From positions 212,536,001 through 212,600,000 of the forward strand of contig OZ024742.1 in assembly GCA_964016885.1 (NCBI GenBank): a stretch of DNA of 64,000 nucleotides. Reading direction: 5' to 3'. The notes under the pieces are model-generated. The model ran no database searches, had not been told where the DNA came from, and saw only the letters and a list, made by a program, of their open reading frames with translations. This stretch comes from Eledone cirrhosa (Eukaryota). Position numbers and translations under genes: made by a program. Positions 1-13,800 of the stretch are shown one piece after another; position 1 is the stretch's first letter; each line of letters begins with the position of its first letter.

Positions 1-441
1 GCGGTACTCAGTAACAGAGAAGACCCGCCTTACCTAAATACATAGTAAAACCTACTACAACCAGTAGGCATCTCTAACAAAATACCCCCCCCCCCCCGTC
101 CCACCACCCCCACCCCATCCACGCCACCCCGTTCTATGTAAAGTTGTGTTGGTGCCACACCATCCAGGCCGAAACAAATGGGATCGTGTAGGTGTCACGA
201 CAAAAAAACACACAGTCCACGCTGTAATGTGGCCGTGTAGGCAACACAGTAAAAACCTCCCAGACCCACACTGTAAATGTGGTTGGTGTTAGGAAGGGCA
301 TCCAACTGTAGAAAACCTGCCAGACAGTCCTATGCGAGCAAGACAAATTACTCTTGCCTCAAGTGGGACTACCCCCGTCCAAACCCATGCAAGCGTGGAA
401 CACGGACGTTAAACGTTGATGATGATGATGATGATGATGAT
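1..441 (+). mobile_element. 3' end of RTE-clade LINE (copy 1), cut by the window edge
   Basis: Bases 2-37 translate RYSVTEKTRLT*, identical to the C-terminus of the intact ORF at 10839. The 3' UTR closely matches 10448-10838 (reverse strand) and ends in a (GAT)n tail abutting (TA)n. Confidence 0.93.
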
Positions 442-473
442 ATATATATATACACAAATATATATATATATAT

Positions 474-508
<35 letters not shown>

Positions 509-592
509 AATATATATATATATACAAATATATATATATATATATATACAAATATATATATACAAATATATATATATATATACAAATATATA
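440..592. repeat. (TA)n microsatellite with CAAA interruptions
   Basis: Directly visible. Confidence 0.95.
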
Positions 593-2266
593 TTCTCTTT
601 TACCTGTTTCAGCCATCCGGCTGAGGCCATGCTGGGGCACCGCCCTTGTTGCTACACATTTTATCTCCAGCCTGTATAGGTTGGCCACTGGTGTAGGAGG
701 GAGTTTGTTGCTGCTGCCCTTAGGTTTCCCTCGTGTCTTGCTGTGGGCTCATCCGGGATCCTGGATAACAAGGTGTCGAGATGTTTCTTAAAGACATCCA
801 CCTCCACGTCATGCAAGTCTCGCAGATGCCTCGGCAGCCTGTTGAAGAGTTGAGGGCCCTTGAATCCCAGGCTATTGCAATACCTGCTCCTTATTCTAGA
901 TGTGGAAGACGGGACCTTTGGCACCACACAGTGACGTCCTGTTCGACGGTTGGTCCAGCTCCCAATGCCAAAGTTTGGTGCTAGTCCCTCCAGGATTTTC
1001 CACATGTAGATCACTGCGTATCTCTCCCGTCTTTGCTCCAAGGAGTAGAGGTTCAGTTCCTTCAGCCTCTCCCAGTAGCTTGTCTCCCTCATCTTGGCAA
1101 TCCTCTTGGTGTAGCTTCGCTGGATTGCCTCAAGCTCTGTGGTTAGTTTGACACTATGGGGTGACCACAGCTGGGAGCAGTAGTCCAGGCGGCTTAGGAC
1201 AAAAGTCCTCCACAGTGTCAACATGGTGTCTCGATCTCTTGTAAGGAAAGTCCTCAAGATCCAGCCAGCGAATCGTCTACATACTGTTGCCACCTTCATG
1301 ATGTGTGAAGAAAAAGATGCATCATCGCTCATGTCTATGCCCAGGTCTCGTATCGATTTTGACACGGGGATATCGGTCCCTCCTGGTCCTGTGTAGCTGT
1401 GTTCCGCTATATTTGTGTTTGTGTTTGCAGGTTTGTATTGTAGGGCTTGGAATTTGCCAGCATTAAACTGCATGTTGTTTTCTTCCGCCCATCTGTATAT
1501 GGCATCCAGATCCTGCTGTAAGAGAGCAGCGTCAGCCGGGTTTTTGATTGCCTGTGCTACCTTAGTGTCATCAGCATAGCTAGTGAGGGATGTTGTTGCA
1601 TGCACCACAGAGGGCATGTCCGAGAGAGCCACCAAAAACAGTAGTGGTCCCAGGACTGTCCCCTGAGGCACCCCACTTGTTATCGGTGTTTCCCTCGAGA
1701 GGGCCCCATTTGCTGCGACTGCCTGGCTTCTGTCCCTTAGGAAGCCATGCAGCCACTCACCTACTTTTCCAGTTATGCCGAGTCCGTGTAGTTTGTGACA
1801 TATCATTCCGTGGTCGACCTTGTCAAAGGCCTTCGCAAAGTCAAGATATATCACGTCTACATGTGAGCTGTCTAGTAGTTGTCTCAGTACCCAGTCGTAG
1901 TGATGTAGCAGCTGTGTAAGGCAGCTTCTTCCTGGGCGGAAGCCATGTTGCGTGCTAGTCAGGCGGTCATTTTCTTCGAGGAAAGTGATTAGTTTCTTTC
2001 TGACGACTCGCTCCATGACCTTACTGATATGCGACGTCAGGGAGACTGGCCTATAGTTCTTGGCCTCCGCTCTACTACCTCCTTTATGGATAGGGCATAT
2101 TGTGCCTTCTTTCAGCTCCCTGGGTAGTACACCGCTAGCCAAGGAGCTTCTGAAGAGCGTCTTCAGTGGAGTTGCTAAGGCCCGCTTACATATTTTTAGG
2201 AGAACTGCTGGGAATGAATCAGGTCCAGCAGCCGAGTCTGTTCTAATTTCATCAATGGCGTACACC

Positions 2267-2268
<2 letters not shown>
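591..2268 (-). mobile_element. 5'-truncated CR1-group LINE
   Basis: RT ORF plus a short 3' UTR ending GGCGGTGCCCCAGCATGGCC...GCTGAAACAGGTAAAAGAGAATA. Both ends abut (TA)n. No endonuclease domain present. Confidence 0.85.
661..2268 (-). CDS. Partial reverse transcriptase ORF of CR1-group LINE
   Basis: Motifs [60 protein letters not shown] with no stops. The IYIY N-terminus in the ORF track is microsatellite read-through. Confidence 0.88.
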
Positions 2269-2966
<698 letters not shown>

Positions 2967-3210
2967 CCTTTAAATATATTTTGTTAAACTTGCTAAGTTC
3001 TACGCAAAACTTCTAGTACCTATTTAAACTCTTAACCTCTGCTCCATCCCATCTTCTACCCCCTACCCATACATCATGCTGGTTCCTGCCCCCCCCCCCC
3101 CATCCCTCTCTATACATATAAGATAAATCCCTACCAAAATTAATCACAATCGCCAACTCGCTATTTCTGGGATGGCTGTTTCTTGCGGTATAAAGTAACG
3201 TCCAAATATT

Positions 3211-3702
3211 TTTCTCGATTCTTCTCTCCATTCGAATCCATTCATTCAATCACTGTTCTATGTCCTAATTTCACACTATATCATATTTTCACCATTCTAT
3301 ATCATATTTTTTCTCTAAAAATCATATTTTCCCTATCACCGCATTTTCTCTATCGTATTTTCTTAAACAAAACAAATCTTTCTCGATTCTTCTCTCCATT
3401 CGAATCCATTCATTCAATCACTGTTCTATGTCCTAATTTCACACTATATCATATTTTCACCATTCTATATCATATTTTTTCTCTAAAAATCATATTTTCC
3501 CTATCACCGCATTTTCTCTATCGTATTTTCTTAAACAAAACAAATCTTTCTCGATTCTTCTCTCCATTCGAATCCATTCATTCAATCACTGTTCTATGTC
3601 CTAATTTCACACTATATCATATTTTCACCATTCTATATCATATTTTTTCTCTAAAAATCATATTTTCCCTATCACCGCATTTTCTTAAACAAAACAAATC
3701 TT
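3211..3702 (+). repeat. 168-bp tandem repeat x3 in the LINE 5' region
   Basis: TCTCGATTCTTCTCTCC starts at 3213, 3381 and 3549. Confidence 0.93.
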
Positions 3703-3874
3703 GTATTTTCGTTTATTGTTAAATTATGTCCAAAATACGGCGATCTTATCTTAAACCTTACATTCTCGCTAACAACACATCATCCCTCCCACCCGCCCCC
3801 ACGCACCACCATTATTACGTGGACCAATCATAAGTCAGAGGCCCATACTATCGCCTAACTGGTTGCTTTTCGAT

Positions 3875-6800
3875 ATGATGGATGGACTACGGAATTCTGG
3901 AGAGTTGAAGAGAGAAAAATGTGGACGCTCAGCGACAATGCCAAAGATAAAGACAAATTCACCTCGTGGACGAGAATGCAAGCACTCCGCCTTGTTTCGG
4001 CCCAGGATGGCTAACATACCCCCCCCCCCCCGCTCCCACCCTCCAAACGCAATCCAAAACTTCAGAGTTGGTACCATGAATGTAGGCACCTTAAAGAGTC
4101 GCTCTAACGAGGTTGTAGAAATGCTTGAACGTAAGGAGGTCGATGTTTGTTGTATTCAAGAGACCAGGTGGAGGGGAGGGTCGGCTAGATTCATCGTGGG
4201 TAAAGAACGATGCTATAAGCTTTTCTGGGTGGGAAATGACAATGGGTTGGGTGGGGTAGGAATCATGGTAGCAGAAAAGTGGGCAGATAAGATAATAGAC
4301 GTAAATAGAGTGAACGACAGAATAATTAAAATAAGACTTGTCCTCAATAAAACTACGGTGACAGTAATATCTGCGTACGCACCACAATCCGGACTGCCCG
4401 GTGCTATAAAAGACAGATTCTACGAGACACTGATGCTCGCTACCTCCCAAATAACCGACAGTGACTATATAATTATTGCAGGCGACCTAAATGGTCACGT
4501 TGGACAACATTGTGACGGCTATGACGGAATCCATGGAGGCTATGGGTTCGGTACTAGAAATGAGGAAGGCTCCAGAATCCTGGAATTCTGCGACGCGAAT
4601 AACTTAACTATCTGTAACACTAACTTCAAAAAACGAGACAATCACTTGATCACCTATAGATCGGGGGAACACACAAGCCAGGTAGATTATATCCTTACCA
4701 GAAGACGTGACAGAGTGTCTGTTGTTAACACTAAATCCCTCCCCCATGAAGAATTCACCTCCCAACATAGACTGATAATTAGCGACCTCATAGTCAGGAC
4801 GAGACGTACTAGACAGCGGAAGAGGACTATCCTCAGGAGAAAAATATGGAAGCTAAAGGACCCCATAGCCAGAAATAAATTTCAAAGCATATTACTTGAT
4901 GCTTTCGACAGTAAGGAAGAGCAATTAGAGTCGTATAATATAGAGGAACAGTGGGAATTCCTGAGAGCAAACCTGCTGACGGCGGCAGACGAAGTCTGTG
5001 GCTGGAGCAGGCCTGTAGGTAGGAGGAGAGTAACATGGTGGTGGAACAGTAAGGTGGAGGAGTCAATTAAGGCCAAAAAGCAGGCTTGGAAAGCATGGCG
5101 GGATGGGGGAAGTAGAGAAGACTATCAGGTAGCCAGGAGGGAAGCTAGGAGACAAGTGTACTTCGCAAGAAGGGAAGCAGAGGAAAGAAAGTTCAAGCAT
5201 GTTCTACAACGTGAGGACCAAAAACGTGAGGTGTTCAGGATTGCCAGGCAATGTGTCAAGGAAAACCGTGATATTGTCGGGGAGAAGTGTGTGCTTAACG
5301 ATGATGGCATACTTGCCATCACCGACGCTGATAAGAAGGTAGCTTGGAAGTGTCACTACGAAAGGCTTCTAAATGAGGAGAACAAATGGGAGAAAGACAG
5401 TCTCCCCCACATCGACCCAATAGAGGGACCAGCAGTGTTAGTCCAGAGTAGTACAATAAGCAAGGCAATCAAAGATATGAAGACGGGTAAGGCGGCTGGT
5501 CCTTCGGAAATAGTTGCTGAGATGCTGAAGGCATCTGGTTCGGTGGGACACACCATGGTCACCCGGATAGTTAACCAAGTCGTACAGAATGGGGTTGTTC
5601 CGAAGGACTGGCGTAGCAGCATCATCGTTAACTGCTATAAGGGAAAAGGAGATGCCCTAGATAGGAGTAACTATAGAGGCATTAAATTAATCGACCAGGT
5701 CATGAAGGTCACGGAAAAAGTAATAGCGCAACTAATCAGAGAGAGAATTGATCTAGATGAAATGCAGTTCGGATTTGTGTCAGGCAAAAGTACCACAGAC
5801 GCTCTTTTCATAGTACGACAACTACAGGAGAAGTACCTAGCTAAAAGTAAACCCCTATACTTAGCTTTCGTCGACTTGGAGAAAGCCTTCGACAGAGTCC
5901 CCCGTTCCATTATCTGGTGGTCTCTTAGAAAACTAGGTGTTGACGAATGGCTTGTGAGAGCTATACAAGCCATGTATAAAGAAACAGTCAGTAAGGTTAG
6001 AATTAACAACGAATATAGTGAAGAGTTTAGCGTAAAAGTTGGTGTCCATCAGGGCTTTGTTCTTAGCCCCCTACTATTTATTATTGCCCTTCAGGCTATA
6101 ACAGAGGAGTTCAAGACCGGCTGCCCATGGGAACTCCTATACGCAGATGATCTAACGCTCATAGCCGAATCAATGACCGAACTAGAGAAGAAATTCCAAA
6201 CATGGAAGCACGGCCTAGAATCAAAAGGCCTTAAAATTAACCTGGCTAAGACAAAAGTTCTAGTTTGTAGGAAAGAAAATATGGCGGCAGTCCCATCTGG
6301 GAAATGGCCATGCTCAGTGTGTAGGAAAGGCGTAGGTAGAAACTCCATTTTATGTCCCAAATGCAAAGTATGGGTGCATAAAAGATGTAGTGGGATCACA
6401 GGTAAGCTAACTAAGAACATAGATTTTACATGTGGCCGGTGCTCTGGTGCAATAAGTAGCAGCAAGTGCCCACAAAATACTAGCTCCTTCAACTGCGCAG
6501 AGGGTTCTATAGAAATAGTGGACAGCTTCCGTTACCTGGGTGACAAAATCAGCAGTGGGGGAGGGTGCTCTGAAAGTACAGTAGCTAGAGTCAGAACTGG
6601 ATGGAAAAAGTTCAGAGCTTATACCACTATTAGCCGCTAGAGGGTTCTCCCTAAAAATGAAAGGCAGGTTATACGATGCCTGCATACGAACAGCAATGCT
6701 GCATGGCAGTGAGACCTGGGCATTGTGTGCAGAGGATATACGCAGACTAGAGAGGAACGAAGCTTGCATGCTCCGCTGGATGTGCAATAGTAATATACGT

Positions 6801-7094
6801 GAACGGCAAAGCATGAACGAACTAAGGAAAAAATTAGAAATAAGAGGGATCAGATGTTGTTTACTCGAGAGAAGGCTACGTTGGTACGGTCACGTGATGC
6901 GCATGAAAGACGACAGCTGTATAACAAAGTGCAGGGCAATAAAGATAGACGGTAGCCACGGAGTAGGCAGACCCAGAAAAACATGGGACGAGCTGATAAA
7001 TTCCGACCTCACATGCTTACACCTCTCCAAGACAATGTCACTGGACCGAGACCTTTGGCGGTACTCAGTAATAGAGAAGACCCGCCTTACCTAA
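3875..7094 (+). pseudogene. APE endonuclease-RT ORF with PHD-like insert, broken by a 2-bp deletion near 6616
   Basis: APE motifs GTMNVGTL, IQETRW, AGDLNGHVG, QVDYIL; RT motifs FVDLEKAFDRV, LLYADD. TTCAGAGCTT here versus TTCAGAGAGCTT in copy 3; the C-terminus continues in ORF 6657-7094. Confidence 0.9.
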
Positions 7095-7263
7095 ATACAA
7101 AGTAAAAACCTACTACAGTCAGTAGGCATCTCTATCAAAACACCCCCCCGTCCCGCCACCTCCACCCCATCCACACCGCCCCTTTCAATGTACAGTTATG
7201 TTGGTCCCACAACATCCAGGCCGAAACAAATGAGATCGTGTAGGTGTCACGACAAAAAAACAC

Positions 7264-7495
7264 ACAGTCCACGCTGTAAATGTGGCCGTGTAGGCAACAC
7301 GGTAAAAACCTCCCAGCCCCACACTGTAAATGTGGTTGGTGTTAGGAAGGGCATCCAGCTGTAGAAAACCCGCCAGACAGTCCACGCTGTAATGTGGCCG
7401 TGTAGGCAACACGGTAAAAACCTCCCAGCCCCACACTGTAAATGTGGTTGGTGTTAGGAAGGGCATCCAACTGTAGAAAACCCGCCAGACAGTCC
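7264..7495 (+). repeat. ~112-bp tandem duplication in the 3' UTR of RTE copy 2
   Basis: ACAGTCC at 7264, 7377 and 7489 bounds two copies; the segment is single in copies 1 and 3. Confidence 0.9.
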
Positions 7496-7600
7496 TATGC
7501 GAGCAAGACAACCACTCTTGCCTCAAGTGGGAAAACCCCCGTCCAAACCCATGCAAGCGTGGAACACGGACGCTAAACCTGATGATGATGATGATGATGA

Positions 7601-8838
<1,238 letters not shown>

Positions 8839-9093
8839 GCGGCGATGAATTAGTTTTGCGAGGTTTTTTATATGAAATCGTGTGTCGAAACAGATATTGT
8901 TATATTTGGGGAGGGTCATATTTGCGTAATATTGCCAGAATTAATAACAGAACACACTCACTGTTTGGTTGGTTTTCGCTTCTCGCTGTCTTTTATATAT
9001 ATATATCTGCGATCTAACTTACTCGGTCCTCAATGTTGCCATTGACTGACCGGCGGTCAAAAATAATACAGATACAATATAGACAAACACATA

Positions 9094-9154
9094 TATATAT
9101 AGTTTACATAAATCTTTCGTTGCACATCTGCAACATCGTCAGTGGTGTTATATT
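9094..9154 (-). ncRNA. Putative minimal type I hammerhead ribozyme (left arm)
   Basis: Reverse complement of the right-arm motif; core at 9115-9142. Confidence 0.55.
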
Positions 9155-9351
9155 CATTGTTCCTCCTGTTGTGTTGTATGTCTACGCCATTTTTTTTTTT
9201 TTTTTTTGTTCAGTCTGTCTATATATTTATTTATTTATTTGCTTGTTTGTTTATAATAAGATAAACAAACAAGCAAATAAATAAATAAATATATAGACAG
9301 ACTGAACAAAAAAAAATGGCGTAGACATACAACACAACAGGAGGAACAATG

Positions 9352-9412
9352 AATATAACACCACTGACGATGTTGCAGATGTGCAACGAAAGATTTATGT
9401 AAACTATATATA
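9352..9412 (+). ncRNA. Putative minimal type I hammerhead ribozyme (right arm)
   Basis: CTGACGA (9364-9370), T, GTTGCA-gatg-TGCAAC (6-bp stem II), GAAA (9388-9391), GATTTA. Stem III is a near-palindromic AGATTT; stem I is weak. Confidence 0.55.
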
Positions 9413-9607
9413 TATGTGTTTGTCTATATTGTATCTGTATTATTTTTGACCGCCGGTCAGTCAATGGCAACATTGAGGACCGAGTAAGTTAGATCGCAGA
9501 TATATATATATAAAAGACAGCGAGAAGCGAAAACCAACCAAACAGTGAGTGTGTTCTGTTATTAATTCTGGCAATATTACGCAAATATGACCCTCCCCAA
9601 ATATAAC

Positions 9608-10447
<840 letters not shown>

Positions 10448-10838
10448 TCATCATCATCATCATCATCAGCGTTTAACGTCCGTGTTCCACGCTTGCATGG
10501 GTTTGGACGGGGGTAGTCCCACTTGAGGCAAGAGTGATTGTCTTGCTCGCATAGGACTGTCTGGCAGGTTTTCTACAGTTGGATGCCCTTCCTAACACCA
10601 ACCACATTTACAGTGTGGGTCTGGGAGGTTTTTACCGTGTTGCCTACACGGCCACATTACAGCGTGGACTGTGTGTTTTTTTGTCGTGACACCTACACGA
10701 TCTCATTTGTTTCGGCCTCGATGGCGCGGCACCAACATAACTTTACATAGAACGGGGTGGTGTGGATCGGGTGGGGGTGGTGGGACGGGGTGTATTTGTT
10801 AGAGATGCCTACTGGCTGGAGTAGGTTTTACTATATAT

Positions 10839-13800
10839 TTAGGTAAGGCGGGTCTTCTCTGTTACTGAGTACCGCCAAAGGTCTCGGTCCAGTGACATTG
10901 TCTTGGAGAGGTGTAAGTGTGTGATGTCGGAGTTTATCAGCTCGTCCCAGGTTTTTCTAGGTCTGCCTATTCCGTAACTACCGTCTATCTTTATTGCCCT
11001 GCACTTTGTTATACAGCTATCGACTTTCATGCGCATCACGTGTCCATACCAACGTAGCCTTCTCTCGAGTAAACAACATCTGATCCCTCTTATCTCTAAT
11101 TTATTCCTTAGTTCGTTTATGCTTTGCCGTTCACGTATATTACTGTTACACATCCAGCGGAGCATGCAAGCTTCGTTCCTCTCTAGTCTGCGTATATCCT
11201 CTGCACACAATGCCCAGGTCTCACTGCCATGCAGCATTGCTGTTCGTATGCAGGCATCGTACAACCTGCCTTTCATTTTTAGTGAGAACCCTTTAGCAGC
11301 TAATAGTGGTATAAGCTCTCTGAACTTTTTCCAACCAGTTCTGACTCTAGCTACAGTACTTTCAGAGCACCCTCCCCCACTGCTGATTTTATCGCCCAGG
11401 TAACGGAAGCTGTCCACTATTTCTATAGAACCCTCTGCGCAATTGAAAGAGCTAGTAGTTTGTGGGCACTTGCTGCTACTTATTGCACCAGAGCACCGGC
11501 CACATGTAAAATCTATGTTCTTAGTTAGCCTACCTGTGATCCCACTACATCTTTTATGCACCCATACTTTGCATTTAGGACATAAAATGGAGTTTCTACC
11601 TACGCCTTTCCTACACACCGAGCACGACCATTTCCCAGAAGGGACCGCCGCCTTGTTTTCTTTCCTACAAACTAGTACTTTGGTCTTAGCCAGGTTAATT
11701 TTAAGTCCTTTTGACTCTAGGCCGTGCTTCCATGTTTGGAATTTCTTCTCTAGCTCGGCCATTGATTCCGCTATGAGTGTCAGGTCGTCTGCGTATAGGA
11801 GTTCCCATGGGCAGCCTGTCTTGAACTCCTCTGTTATGGCCTGAAGGGCAATAATAAATAGTAGTGGACTGAGAACAGAGCCCTGATGGACGCCGACTTT
11901 TACGCTAAACTCTTCACTATATTCGTTGTTAATTCTAACCTTGCTGACTGTTTCTTTATACATGGCTTGTATAGCCCTCACAAGCCATTCGTCAACGCCT
12001 AGTTTTCTAAGAGCCCACCAGATAATGGAGCGGGGGACTCTGTCGAAGGCTTTCTCCAAGTCGACAAAAGCTAAGTAGAGGGGTTTACCTTTAGCTAGGT
12101 ACTTCTCTTGTAGTTGTCGTACTATGAAAAGAGCGTCTGTGGTACTTTTGCCTGACACAAACCCGAACTGCATTTCATCTAGGTCAATTCTCTCTCTGAT
12201 TAGCTGCGCTATTACTCTTTCCGTGACCTTCATGACCTGGTCGATTAATTTAATGCCTCTATAGTTACTCCTATCTAGGGCGTCACCTTTACCCTTATAA
12301 CAGTTAACGATGATGCTGCTATGCCAGTCCTTCGGAACAACCCCGTTTTGTACGACTTGGTTAACTATGCGGGTGACCATGGTGTGTCCCACCGTGCCAG
12401 ATGCCTTCAGCATCTCAGCAACTATTTCCGAAGGCCCAGCCGCCTTACCAGTCTTCATATCCTTGATTGCCTTACTTATTATACTCCCCTCGACTAACAC
12501 TGCTGGTCCCTCTATTGGGTCGATATGGGGGAGACTGCCTTTCTCCCAATTATTCTCCTCATTTAGAAGCCTTTCATAGTGACACTTCCAAGCTACCTTC
12601 TTATCAGCGTCGGTGATGGCAAGTGTGCCATCGTCGTTTAGTACACACTTCTCCCCGACAATATCACGGTTTTCCTTGACGCATTGCCTAGCAATCCTGA
12701 ACACCTCACGTTTTTGGTCATCGCGTTGTAGAACATGCTTGAACTTTCTTTCCTCAGCTTCCCTTCTTGCTAAGTACACTTGTCTCCTAGCTTCCCTCCT
12801 GGCCACTTGATAGTCCTCTCTACTTCCCCCATCCCGCCATACTTTCCAAGCCTGCTTTTTGGCCTTAATTGACCCCTCCACCTTACTGTTCCACCACCAT
12901 GTTACTCTCCTCCTGCCTACAGGCCTGCTCCAGCCACAGACCTCGTCTGTCGCCAACAGCAGGTTTGCTTTCAGAAATTCCCACTCTCCCTCTATATTGT
13001 CCGACTGTAAATGTTCTTCCTTACTGTCGAAAGCATCAAGTAATATGCTTTGAAATTTATTCCTGGCTGTGGGGTCCTTTAACTTCCATATTTTCCTCCT
13101 GAGGATAGTCCTCTTCTGTTGTCGAGTACGTCTCGTCCTGACTATGAGGTCGCTAATTATCAGTCTATGTTGGGAGGTGCATTCTTCATGGGGGAGGGAT
13201 TTAGTGTTAACAACAGACACTCTGTCACGTCTTCTGGTAAGGATATAATCTACCTGGCTTGTGTGTTCCCCGGATCTATAGGTGATCAGGTGATTGTCAC
13301 GTTTTTTGAAGTTAGTGTTACAGATAGTTAGGTTATTTGCATCACAGAATTCCAGGATTCTGGAGCCTTCCTCATTTCTAGTACCAAACCCATAGCCTCC
13401 ATGGATTTCGTCGTAGCCGTCACAATGTTGTCCAACGTGACCATTTAGGTCGCCTGCGATAATTATATAGTCACTGTCGGATATTTGGGAGGTAGTTAGC
13501 ATCAGTGTCTCATAGAATCTGTCTTTTATAGTGCCGGGCAGTCCGGATTGGGGTGCGTACGCAGATATTACTGTCACCGTAGTTCTATTGAGGACAAGTC
13601 GTATTTTAATTATTCTGTCGTTCACTCTATTTACGTCTATTATCTTATCTGCCCACTTTTCTGCTACCATGATTCCTACTCCACCCAGCCCATCGTCGTT
13701 TCCCACCCAGAAAAGCTTATAACAACGTTTTTTACCCTCAATGAACCTAGCAGACCCACCCCTCCACCTGGTCTCTTGAATACAACAAACATCGACCTCC

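Larger units (their letters stand above)
8839..9607. mobile_element. Palindromic insert, probably an inverted pair of Penelope-like terminal repeats
   Basis: Arms 8899-9254 and 9261-9607 are reverse complements except a homopolymer (T18 vs A9), with a 6-bp spacer. Read outward, each arm has a hammerhead-like core, TATAAAAG and ATG (MTLPKYN...). The palindrome is certain; the family call is inference. Confidence 0.65.

Noticed and set aside
3183-3722. 179-aa ORF as a LINE ORF1
   Set aside because: It arises from an in-frame 168-bp repeat, has a non-ATG start, no recognisable domain and no counterpart in copy 3.
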